From a virus: DNA of 52,616 nucleotides. The notes beneath the pieces are model-generated. The model searched no databases. It was given only the letters and a program-made list of their open reading frames with translations, and was not told the DNA's origin. The stretch lies in the IMG/VR virus record IMGVR_UViG_3300024981_000016, one strand, 5' to 3'. Below, piece after piece: positions 7,436 to 15,535 of this stretch (the stretch's first letter is position 1; each line of letters opens with the position of its first letter). A program made the position numbers and the translations under genes.

Positions 7436-8074
7436 ATGGAAATGGGCTTCGGGCTGAATATCGGAAACGGCGGCGATTTTCTGCCGATCATCAAAATCGA
7501 CGGCAAGGACGGCGGGGTTGAGCGCACGACTTGGGATGGGCAAAACAAGGGAACCGAAACGGTCTCCGACCTTGTCTGCCTCATGGATTTTGCCACGCTC
7601 AAAGTGGGCTGGGTCGAATTCACGGACAAGGGGCCGGACAAGCGTCTTGTCGCCATCGGCGATCCGCTCCCCGAAAAGCCGGGCGAAAAGTTCAAGCAGG
7701 GAATCCAGCTCGTGGTTCTCTTGCCTGGCGGTCTCGGCTGCCATGAGATTTGCACCACCGCCTCGGGGGTACTTGGCGCCCTGGAAAGCGTCTACGACCG
7801 GGCAATTGAGGCCTCAGAATGGAGCAGCGGTAAAGTCCCCGTCATCCGTCTGACCGAATTCAAAAGGGAGAAGACCAAACATGGTGCCCGCGCCATCCCG
7901 GTCTTCGAAATTCTCGACTGGAAAGATCGCCCCTCCGATTTTGAGGCCCACAAAGCCGCCCCAAGACCGCGCGCCGCTATGCCTTCCCAATCGAGACCCG
8001 CCGAAACAGGCTCCACGCAGATGACGCCGCCCCCAGCGAAGCAGCCGGCGCCAGCGAGCCTCGATTTCGGATGA
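7436..8074 (+). CDS. Hypothetical replication-module protein (an SSB-like role is speculative)
   Basis: ORF track 7388..8074 with internal ATG at 7436. Pro-rich linker and short C-terminal LDFG tail. Confidence 0.6.
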   Translation: MEMGFGLNIGNGGDFLPIIKIDGKDGGVERTTWDGQNKGTETVSDLVCLMDFATLKVGWVEFTDKGPDKRLVAIGDPLPEKPGEKFKQGIQLVVLLPGGLGCHEICTTASGVLGALESVYDRAIEASEWSSGKVPVIRLTEFKREKTKHGARAIPVFEILDWKDRPSDFEAHKAAPRPRAAMPSQSRPAETGSTQMTPPPAKQPAPASLDFG

Positions 8075-8141
8075 TCAACGGTGGGGTTGTCGGACTGCCA
8101 TCCGGCAACCCCTCGCAACGACAAAACCCGGATCAGGGATC

Positions 8142-10295
8142 ATGACGAGGCGAACCTTGACGGTACAGGCCCCCGACGATTTTTCAAGCGCAGCCCAATG
8201 GGCTGACGCTTATCGGGCGCTTGGCCTCGCCGTGATTCCGGCAAGAGGGCAAGAAAAAATCCCGCTGGGGAAATGGCAGGAATTTCAAAACGGCATACCG
8301 CAGGCCGTTCATGATCGCTGGTATGGAGAAAGCGGAGATAACCGGTCCAATTACCGAATGGGCTTCCTGACCGGCGCCGCTTCCATTGGCGACGGGTGGA
8401 AACTTCTGCTGATCGACCTCGATGAGAAAGGAGCCGTATCGGGCTCCGGGACCTGGGACCAATGGATTGGTGAAAACGAGCTCGGGTGCGACCCCGAGAC
8501 ATGGCGCGCAAGAACGGGAGGCGGCGGACAGCATATCTATTTCAAATACCCCGCCCATCTCCACATCCGCAATACGCAAGAGACAATCGCTGGGATTGAT
8601 GTGCGTGCTGAGGGCGGCTTCGTCATCACGCCCCCATCACGCCACGTCAGCGGCAAGCAATACGCGTGGCTCTATTCTCCCTTCGAAACCGACCTCGCCG
8701 AAGCGCCTGGCTGGCTGCTGGAAAAGGTTGGAGCTTCGGAAGCACCTTTCAAAACGACTACGGCACCAAAGGACAGGCTGACCCTCCCTGAGCAGGCAAC
8801 CGACGCCTGGGGGCATATCGTCGACGGTCGCGACGCTTACATGCGCGACCTGGTGTGGGCCTCCGTGGTGGACTGGTACCGGGAATGTCCGATCCCGCCG
8901 GGCGATGCCGAAAGCGAACGCAAGATGCTGGAGGCCTTCGCCACCTATGAACGCAAAGTGCGCCCACAGGACCCTTCCCTGACGCTTGAAGGCGAGAGCA
9001 GAGGGATTTCTGCATTCCGCGCCAAATGGGCTTATGCCATGCGGCAATGGGACGGGAAGGTTTCCGAGGCCGCCAAACGGCCGGGGGCGATTAAGCAGCC
9101 GGCATATGATTTCAGCGTCTCGCATGGCGCTCCGTCATCTTCTCTGGATCTTGTGGCAACACCATTCAAATGGATTGACCCGGCGCTGATCCCGCCACGA
9201 CGTTTTATATATGGCCGGCACTATATCCGACAGTTTGTCTCGACAACTGTAGCACCTGGTGGCGTCGGGAAATCATCCCTCGGCATTGTCGAGGCGCTAT
9301 CGATTGCAAGCGGGAAGCCGTTGCTGGGGGTCACCCCGGGCGAACGTGGGCGAGTGTGGTTATTCAACGGCGAAGACCCAGTCGAGGAACTCCAGCGCCG
9401 GATAATGGCCAGTACGTTGCTATACCGATTGTCTGAATCCGACGTATCGGGAAACCTGTTCATGGACAGCGGTCGCGACACTCCAATTGTCATCGCGGAG
9501 CAGACCAGGGATGGCGCAAAAATCCTTACGCCAATCGTTGAAGCGATTACCAAGACCATACGCGATAACCAGATCGACGTTCTCATTGTCGATCCCTTCG
9601 TATCCAGCCACCGGGTTTCAGAAAACGACAACAATGCCATTGAGCGGGTTGCCAAGACGTGGGCGACAATCGCCGGAGCCACCAACTGCTCCATCGATCT
9701 GGTGCACCACAGCAGAAAGACGGGAGGCGGTGAAGTCACCGTCGAAGACGGGCGAGGCGCTTCCGCTCTTTTGTCCGCAGCCCGGTCCGCTCGTGTGCTC
9801 AACCAGATGACACAGGAAGAGGGCGAAAAGGCCGGTGTCGAAAACCATCGACTGTTTTTCCGGGTGGACAACGGGAAAGCGAACCTAGCCCCGCCTACAT
9901 CGGCGGCGGAGTGGTATCATCTTAAATCCGTGCCCCTCGGCAATGGCGAGATGTCGAAATCCTTCGGGGTCAACGTCGGAGAGGGAGATAGCGTCGGCGT
10001 AGTCTCTCCGTGGTCGTGGCCTGATCCTTTTAGCGACATCAGGCTTGAAGACCTTCGCCGTGTCCAGCAGGCCGTTTCTTCTGGAGGCCCGTGGAGAGAG
10101 AACTCCCAAGCTAACAATTGGGTTGGAATACCTGTCGCATCAGCTTTGAAACTGGACCCAAAGAACAAGGCCAACATTAGGAAAATAGTCGCGCTGATGG
10201 ACATGTGGTTGCGGTCCGGAGCCTTCGTCAGAGTTACAGGGAAGGATGCGAAAAGGATGGAAAAAATGTTCATAGAGGTTGGCGAATGGGCATGA
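8142..10295 (+). CDS. Bifunctional primase-polymerase (prim-pol) plus RepA/DnaB-like ATPase (helicase)
   Basis: LLIDLDEKG, GGQHIYFKYP and IDVRAEGGFVITPPSRH are prim-pol motifs. Walker A VAPGGVGKSS and a RecA-like core lie downstream. Confidence 0.85.
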   Translation: MTRRTLTVQAPDDFSSAAQWADAYRALGLAVIPARGQEKIPLGKWQEFQNGIPQAVHDRWYGESGDNRSNYRMGFLTGAASIGDGWKLLLIDLDEKGAVSGSGTWDQWIGENELGCDPETWRARTGGGGQHIYFKYPAHLHIRNTQETIAGIDVRAEGGFVITPPSRHVSGKQYAWLYSPFETDLAEAPGWLLEKVGASEAPFKTTTAPKDRLTLPEQATDAWGHIVDGRDAYMRDLVWASVVDWYRECPIPPGDAESERKMLEAFATYERKVRPQDPSLTLEGESRGISAFRAKWAYAMRQWDGKVSEAAKRPGAIKQPAYDFSVSHGAPSSSLDLVATPFKWIDPALIPPRRFIYGRHYIRQFVSTTVAPGGVGKSSLGIVEALSIASGKPLLGVTPGERGRVWLFNGEDPVEELQRRIMASTLLYRLSESDVSGNLFMDSGRDTPIVIAEQTRDGAKILTPIVEAITKTIRDNQIDVLIVDPFVSSHRVSENDNNAIERVAKTWATIAGATNCSIDLVHHSRKTGGGEVTVEDGRGASALLSAARSARVLNQMTQEEGEKAGVENHRLFFRVDNGKANLAPPTSAAEWYHLKSVPLGNGEMSKSFGVNVGEGDSVGVVSPWSWPDPFSDIRLEDLRRVQQAVSSGGPWRENSQANNWVGIPVASALKLDPKNKANIRKIVALMDMWLRSGAFVRVTGKDAKRMEKMFIEVGEWA

Positions 10296-10304
10296 ACCGA
10301 CAGA

Positions 10305-10435
10305 TTGCCGCACCTGTAAAAAGTGCGGTGCGGCAAGTGCGGCAAGTGCGGCGCGCAGCCCCGCCGCACCACCCCTTTATATGGGGTGTGGGGTGGGGCG
10401 CGGCACGGCAAAGGGCAAAAAGTACGGTGCGGCAA
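10305..10435. promoter_or_regulatory. Putative replication origin: GTGCGGCAA iterons plus an AT-rich core flanked by G/C-rich inverted arms
   Basis: Inverted TTGCCGCAC at 10305-10313. Tandem GTGCGGCAA at 10328-10336 and 10337-10345, a variant at 10346-10354, and a direct copy at 10427-10435. TTTATAT at 10376-10382 sits between CACCACCCC and GGGGTGTGG. Confidence 0.5.
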
Positions 10436-10461
10436 AATCAATCTGGCAGCGGAGTTTCAAA

Positions 10462-11010
10462 ATGAGCAGGAAGCCGATTTCTTCAAAGCTGAGATACGCA
10501 ATCCTGGCAAGGGACGGGTTCGCTTGCCAGTGCTGTGGCGCAAAGGCTCCCGACACAACGCTCCATGTTGACCATATCGTTCCTGTGTCTAGGGGCGGGA
10601 CTGATCGGGAAGACAATCTCAGAGCAGTTTGCGTCACGTGCAATCTTGGCAAAAGCGATGCGGAAACCTCCGTCGTGAGAATCCCGACCTTCAAAGGACC
10701 GATTGTCACTGCGGACAATGAGGTTGTCGTCAGAGGCGAACCACTTAGCGAGCCGATCTTCTGGATTGGCCGTCAGTGGGCTGTAACGGCTTACGGAATT
10801 GAGTGCCGAGACGGAACGTATTTCATCGAAGCTAGTCGTCTTTGGGAAGGGACTGTTCCCGACCAAGATGGGCACACCTGGCCGTGGGAGAGGCACATGG
10901 CCGAGAAGGAATGGGTCGATATGACCGACTTCCGGGCCGCCATTGCTTGGGCACGTGAGCATTTCAACTATCTCCGCAAAAACAGGGCGAGAGCCATCCA
11001 TGGCCTATGA
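10462..11010 (+). CDS. HNH endonuclease with a C-terminal extension
   Basis: CQCCGAKAPDTTLHVDHIVPVSRGGTDREDNLRAVCVTCNLGK. ATG 10462. Confidence 0.8.
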   Translation: MSRKPISSKLRYAILARDGFACQCCGAKAPDTTLHVDHIVPVSRGGTDREDNLRAVCVTCNLGKSDAETSVVRIPTFKGPIVTADNEVVVRGEPLSEPIFWIGRQWAVTAYGIECRDGTYFIEASRLWEGTVPDQDGHTWPWERHMAEKEWVDMTDFRAAIAWAREHFNYLRKNRARAIHGL

Positions 11011-11560
11011 CTTCGACAACGCGACCGTTGTCACTCGGAGCAAGCAGGACATCGTCCGTGAGATGATGGCGGCTCTGAACAACCTCGACGCGCTGGCGAG
11101 AGCGATGGAACGTAAGTGGGGTGCCGCGAGGTTGCCGGCGCTGGTCCCTGACGAACTGTGCCAGCGGTTCTACCGGCAGCGCCAGAAACTGGCAGCGGCA
11201 TCGCACGAACATCGCGACGAAGATACCATCAGTGAGGCCAAGCGGATGGAGGCCGCGTGGCGGTATCTCGATCAGGAGGCTGATCGCTTGGGCGCCGAGC
11301 CGATCCATCCGTGCGTTTGGGAGGTCCCCCTATCGGATGGAACGGTCGTGGCCCTTGTTCGTGATGAGGACGAGGCGGCCGCCGTCGATCCCGTCGACCG
11401 CAAGATGGTCGTCTACACGCTTGCCGAAGTCGCTCGGCTCATCGAGGCGATGCCGGCCGTCATGGCGATCAAGGACAGGTGGCCTGGCGCGACGGTGAAG
11501 GAAACCCGCGTGCCAGCCCCCGACAGCTTTTGGGAACGAGGCGACGAAATACCGTTCTGA
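11000..11560 (+). CDS. Hypothetical protein
   Basis: ORF track 10943..11560. The ATG at 11000 overlaps the upstream gene end. Confidence 0.6.
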   Translation: MAYDFDNATVVTRSKQDIVREMMAALNNLDALARAMERKWGAARLPALVPDELCQRFYRQRQKLAAASHEHRDEDTISEAKRMEAAWRYLDQEADRLGAEPIHPCVWEVPLSDGTVVALVRDEDEAAAVDPVDRKMVVYTLAEVARLIEAMPAVMAIKDRWPGATVKETRVPAPDSFWERGDEIPF

Positions 11561-11569
11561 GGCCGACAG

Positions 11570-11836
11570 ATGACCCGCCTCTCCAACCGCGAGAAATCAG
11601 CGATCATCGCAGCCTACCGATCCGGCGAGACCTCGGCGGAGATCGGCCGGCGATACGGTGTGAACGCTGGATGGGTTCGAAAGCTCGCAGCTCGGGCCGG
11701 GGTGAGGGTGCAGGCGGCACGCAAGGCGGTGCGGAAGGTGAAGCAACCCCGCTCGCCGAAGCGGCGGTTCGTGGTTCTACCCCAGCAAGTCGGCTCCGGT
11801 CGGCAGAGCACGGCCGGGTATCTGAAACTGATGTGA
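11570..11836 (+). CDS. Small HTH DNA-binding protein
   Basis: REKSAIIAAYRSGETSAEIGRRYGVNAGWVRKLA is a resolvase/IS-type HTH. Confidence 0.6.
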   Translation: MTRLSNREKSAIIAAYRSGETSAEIGRRYGVNAGWVRKLAARAGVRVQAARKAVRKVKQPRSPKRRFVVLPQQVGSGRQSTAGYLKLM

Positions 11837-11849
11837 GCGAGGGACATTC

Positions 11850-12530
11850 ATGACCTGGTATGCAATTCGCACGTCGCCCGGCGCTCAGCAGCCAAAGCGC
11901 GAGTATTGGACTGAAAGCGAAAACGAAGACGGACGTCCAGTCGGAGGCAAGAAGGGGTACCGCATCGTGTCTGGCATCGCCTCGGATCATTCGGCGGTAG
12001 AGCTGGCGCTTCGGGACGCCGGGTTCACCTACTACATGCCAGTCGAGTTCGCCGCGGTGCGCAACCGCCAGAAGCCCGGCCTATACGAACTTCGCCGGTT
12101 CGCGCTCCTCAAGGGGTATCTGTTCGTCTCCGAGATCGCAGATGGAGACTGGCCGCGTCTCACTGCGGTTCCGGGTATCCAAGGCGCAGTCGCCAACTGT
12201 GGCAGGCCATTCGCGATCAGCGCGATGGATTTGTTTCGTCTGCGCATGTTCGAGCAGAACAGCCGGGATGAGGCTCAGAAGAGGGCGGAAAGCCTCCGGA
12301 GAGGCGAGGAGCGACAGGTGAGGGAGATCAAGAAGCTGGCGGCACGCGGCGCGCGCAAGAAGCTGTTCCCAGGTCGGGAGGTCAAACTCATCTGGGGCGA
12401 CAAGGTTGGGCGTGAGGCAACTGTGCAGGCTTGGGAGGATCAGGACAACGTCCGAGTGTTGCTGCAAAGCCTCGACGCAGCGGAGGAGACGATTACAGTG
12501 CCGTACGAGTATCTGAAAGCCGCTGGATAG
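11850..12530 (+). CDS. NusG/RfaH-like transcription antitermination factor (NGN with insertion, plus KOW)
   Basis: N-terminal WYAIRTSPG ... LLKGYLFV ... VPGIQGAV fits an NGN domain. C-terminal FPGREVKLIWGDKVGREATVQAW fits a KOW domain. It is the last gene before the late leader. Confidence 0.7.
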   Translation: MTWYAIRTSPGAQQPKREYWTESENEDGRPVGGKKGYRIVSGIASDHSAVELALRDAGFTYYMPVEFAAVRNRQKPGLYELRRFALLKGYLFVSEIADGDWPRLTAVPGIQGAVANCGRPFAISAMDLFRLRMFEQNSRDEAQKRAESLRRGEERQVREIKKLAARGARKKLFPGREVKLIWGDKVGREATVQAWEDQDNVRVLLQSLDAAEETITVPYEYLKAAG

Positions 12531-12685
12531 CTTGAAATAGATGGTTGATTTCGGACTCGAAACGAAATATATCGGACCATGCGATTTGGGCGATCGGGGC
12601 CATAGGCCCGGCCCAGTGCCGGTTTTCGCAACCGGCGTACTGGGAAGTTCTGCCCGAAATTCTCTGACATTCCGATGGAGCGCCG

Positions 12686-12805
12686 ATGCCTCGCGCCTCC
12701 CTTCTTCACGAGATCAGGCGCCTGTTCTATCGCGGAGTCGGTGCGGCCCATATCGTAGCGCTGCTGCGGTGCTCGTATCGCGATGTGAACGAGGCGCTGA
12801 GGTAG
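12686..12805 (+). CDS. Possible small protein (39 aa)
   Basis: ATG with GGAG 6 nt upstream. MPRASLLHEIRRLFYRGVGAAHIVALLRCSYRDVNEALR. Below the ORF-track size cutoff. Confidence 0.35.
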   Translation: MPRASLLHEIRRLFYRGVGAAHIVALLRCSYRDVNEALR

Positions 12806-12837
12806 GGCGCCAGAAGCAGGCGGCATAGAGTTCACAT

Positions 12838-12915
12838 TGCGCGGTGGGGAAGTCTGGCCATCCCGTCCGGCTCATAACCGGGAGATCGTCCGTTCAAATC
12901 GGACCTGCGCAACCA
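12838..12915 (+). tRNA. tRNA with CAU anticodon (elongator Met or Ile2 type), CCA encoded
   Basis: Hand-folded cloverleaf: acceptor TGCGCGG/CTGCGCA (one G-U), D arm GGGA/TCCC, anticodon arm TCCGG-CTCATAA-CCGGG, variable AGATC, T arm GTCCG-TTCAAAT-CGGAC, discriminator A, CCA. Confidence 0.9.
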
Positions 12916-13187
12916 GTTTCCGCGCGAGCGGATAGACGGGACGGAGCGGCGCCCTCGGGCGAAAATGCCCTCCTGTCGATCATGGGCTAGACGGCAGACG
13001 AGGCCCCCACACTTCACGATGCCGAGACGAGCCTGAAGACCCGCACGTCGCATGACCGGGGAACGTCAGGCGCCCATTCAATTCGCCGTCCATGACGGCA
13101 ACATCTGAAAACTAAAACATTACGGGCCGTAGCGGTGTTGGAAGCACCCCTGCGGCCCTGACCATTTCCGAACATTGGAGGTTCGTC

Positions 13188-13715
13188 ATGGCTGACCGTA
13201 GCAATACGGCAAATGCGTACGTTTGTGAATGCGGCAACCATGCGTGGAAGCCGATCACCAAGGGGTATGTGGTTCTTGTCGACCCGGAGGATAGCAGTCT
13301 AATCGAGGGCGGCATTCATGCGCATCTGTCCAAGACGGGACGAAACGTCTATGCGGCCGACTGGGAGCGAAGGTATATTCACACACGAATAGTTCGCGCC
13401 CCGCGTGGCAAGTTCGTGGACCATCGCGATGGAAACGGACTTGATAACCGCCGCGAAAACCTACGCGTGGCTACCTACAGCCAGAACCAACACAACCGGA
13501 AGAAGACGCCAGGTCTTAGCTCTCGGTTTAAAGGCGTATCTTACTGCAAGCGCAGAGATCGTTGGGAGGTGCGGGCGACCGTAAACCGCCAGCACTTCCG
13601 CGCTGGGTATTTCGAGGACGAGATCGAGGCGGCGAAGGCCTACGACAGATTGGCAAGAGAACTTCACGGCGAATTCGCGAGAACGAATGAATCGCTTGGG
13701 CTGCTCGCCGGGTAA
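13188..13715 (+). CDS. HNH (HNH_3) plus AP2-domain homing-type endonuclease
   Basis: VDHRDGNGLDNRRENLRVATYSQNQHN, then FKGVSY...WEVRATVNRQHFRAGYFEDEIEAAKAYDRLARELHGEFA. GGAGG upstream of the ATG. Confidence 0.85.
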   Translation: MADRSNTANAYVCECGNHAWKPITKGYVVLVDPEDSSLIEGGIHAHLSKTGRNVYAADWERRYIHTRIVRAPRGKFVDHRDGNGLDNRRENLRVATYSQNQHNRKKTPGLSSRFKGVSYCKRRDRWEVRATVNRQHFRAGYFEDEIEAAKAYDRLARELHGEFARTNESLGLLAG

Positions 13716-13917
13716 TAGCGCTTCCCGCCTCGCGCCCTATCAGGAACGGCGGACGGACGAGGCTAAGGCCCGTAACGCTCCGGTGCACTGTGGAAGGCTT
13801 AGCGGGCCACGGGCCAGCATCTGCCATAGACCACGGCCGCCGGTGTCAATCGGGGTGGGAAGCGAGCGGTCCAGTCCGTTCCTGGCCGGCGGCTGAAGCG
13901 CCTGAGGATCATTCGTA

Positions 13918-14634
13918 ATGGCGAATCCCAACCAGATCGGCGCGCAGCCGGTGCAGACAAATAGCGGCCAGTCTGGCGACCTCCCATCCTACATGCAGGG
14001 ATGGCCTTCACAGGGTCAGAGCAACGGAGACTGGCTCACCAATGCGTACCAGACCTATTTCGGCCGGACGCCGGATCAGCAGGGTTTCAACTACTGGTTC
14101 GGGCAACTCAACAATGGCGTCCCGCCCAGCGCGATAGCGGAGAGCATGCGCGCTTCGCCCGAGGCGCAGGTGACTGGTCTGTACGGCCAATTTCTTGGTC
14201 GGGCACCGGACCAGGAAGGATACGCCCACTATGCCGACATGATCGGCAACCAAGGCTATGACGCGGCCCGAAACGAGGTCATGAACAGCGTCGAGGCCAG
14301 GAACTATCAGCTCGGGGACGGGTATCGGGACTACGCCCGCGCGGCGACGGCTGGTCTCAACCAGATGCCGTACATCTTCTCCGACTACTCCGCGACTGTG
14401 CCTGGATATCGCAACGTGCCGAAGTCGCCTTTCGAGGCGCTCTTCGGCAGCGGCAGCGCGGGGCAGGATACCATCAACCAGCAAGCCGGGCTGCTCGCCA
14501 AGATATTCGAGGACGCGCCGAAAAAGACGGATGAACCGGCTCCTGACACGAAAGACAAGGTCAAGAAGGCGGAGGACGAAATCGCTGATGCGGTGAAGAA
14601 CCGATTCCTCGGTCGCGTCTGGAATCCGCGCTGA
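13918..14634 (+). CDS. DUF4214-like repeat protein
   Basis: Two copies of the Y-x-x-(F/L)GR-x-PD-x-x-G-(F/Y)-x-(Y/H)(W/Y) pattern: TYFGRTPDQQGFNYWFGQL and QFLGRAPDQEGYAHYADMI. Confidence 0.65.
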   Translation: MANPNQIGAQPVQTNSGQSGDLPSYMQGWPSQGQSNGDWLTNAYQTYFGRTPDQQGFNYWFGQLNNGVPPSAIAESMRASPEAQVTGLYGQFLGRAPDQEGYAHYADMIGNQGYDAARNEVMNSVEARNYQLGDGYRDYARAATAGLNQMPYIFSDYSATVPGYRNVPKSPFEALFGSGSAGQDTINQQAGLLAKIFEDAPKKTDEPAPDTKDKVKKAEDEIADAVKNRFLGRVWNPR

Positions 14635-14826
14635 TGAGGCGAGAATATGTATTCACCCGCCCCGCTCTGGCGACATCGATGAGAATGTAGACGGTGAGGA
14701 CTACCTCGCCAGAACAGTCTTCGAAGACCCCGAGCTTGTAGACATCGGCGTCATGGACAAGGATGGGCATCCGATTATGGCCCGGCGGAAGCTCGACCCT
14801 ATCGGTTTCGTCAGGTGGCGCAGTGA

Positions 14827-15009
14827 ATGACCATGTTGCGTAAAAGCTCGAACTGGAGAATCCGCACTGATCTGGTTTGCGCGGCGAAAACTTGGGAGAG
14901 TTCGCAAGCCGCGATTGACGCTGTGACCCAGCGCTGGGGAGATAGGCGTCGGGTCAATTCGATATGGCGCAAGCACGTCAAGCCTCAGTATCTCGCGCTC
15001 AGGGCATGA
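14827..15009 (+). CDS. Small hypothetical protein
   Basis: ORF track. ATGA overlap with the upstream open frame. Confidence 0.45.
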   Translation: MTMLRKSSNWRIRTDLVCAAKTWESSQAAIDAVTQRWGDRRRVNSIWRKHVKPQYLALRA

Positions 15010-15055
15010 CGGCGCTCACCGTGCATTGCTGCGCATCTACCAGGAAACAATAATC

Positions 15056-15535
15056 ATGGATGACCGTGACCCTGAAACGGGTCGCTTCCTTCCCGGAAAT
15101 AAATTCTGGGAGGCGCGATCCTCCCATGGCCGGGCCCCGATATTCGCAAAGCCCGACCATCTATGGTCAGCTTGTTGCGAGTACTTTGAATGGGTGGAGG
15201 CCAACCCCCTCTACGAGGAAAAGGTCTTCAACGGCAAGGACGGCATAGCTCGAGCGACGATAGCCAAAATGCGCGCCATGACCATCTCGGGTCTGTGTAT
15301 CTTCCTCGATATCGACCGCAAGACGTGGGACGCTTATCGAGAGCGTTCCGACTTTATCCACATCGTCACGCGGGCGGAGGAAATCATCCGGGATCAGAAG
15401 TTCTCGGGCGCGGCGGCGGACCTTCTCAACGCGAATATCATCGCTCGTGATCTTGGCATTGCCGACAAGCAGAACGTCGAACTATCTGGGTCAATCGCGG
15501 TCAATCATGAAGACGCCCTCCGCGAGCTTGAGTGA
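15056..15535 (+). CDS. terS: Terminase small subunit
   Basis: Lies immediately upstream of and overlapping TerL. The segment ...[41 protein letters not shown]... resembles small-terminase HTH regions. Confidence 0.7.
   Translation: MDDRDPETGRFLPGNKFWEARSSHGRAPIFAKPDHLWSACCEYFEWVEANPLYEEKVFNGKDGIARATIAKMRAMTISGLCIFLDIDRKTWDAYRERSDFIHIVTRAEEIIRDQKFSGAAADLLNANIIARDLGIADKQNVELSGSIAVNHEDALRELE

Noticed and set aside
12838-12915. The phage tRNA as a suppressor for the in-frame TAG at 1645
   Set aside because: The anticodon is CAT, not CTA. It cannot read UAG.
12916-13917. A group I intron carrying the HNH-AP2 ORF, with structured non-coding RNA on both sides of the endonuclease gene
   Set aside because: The upstream tRNA is intact, and the downstream gene has its own SD and ATG, so there are no split exons to rejoin. 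I could not identify P7/P3 or a G-binding site by eye. A free-standing homing endonuclease gene is the simpler reading.
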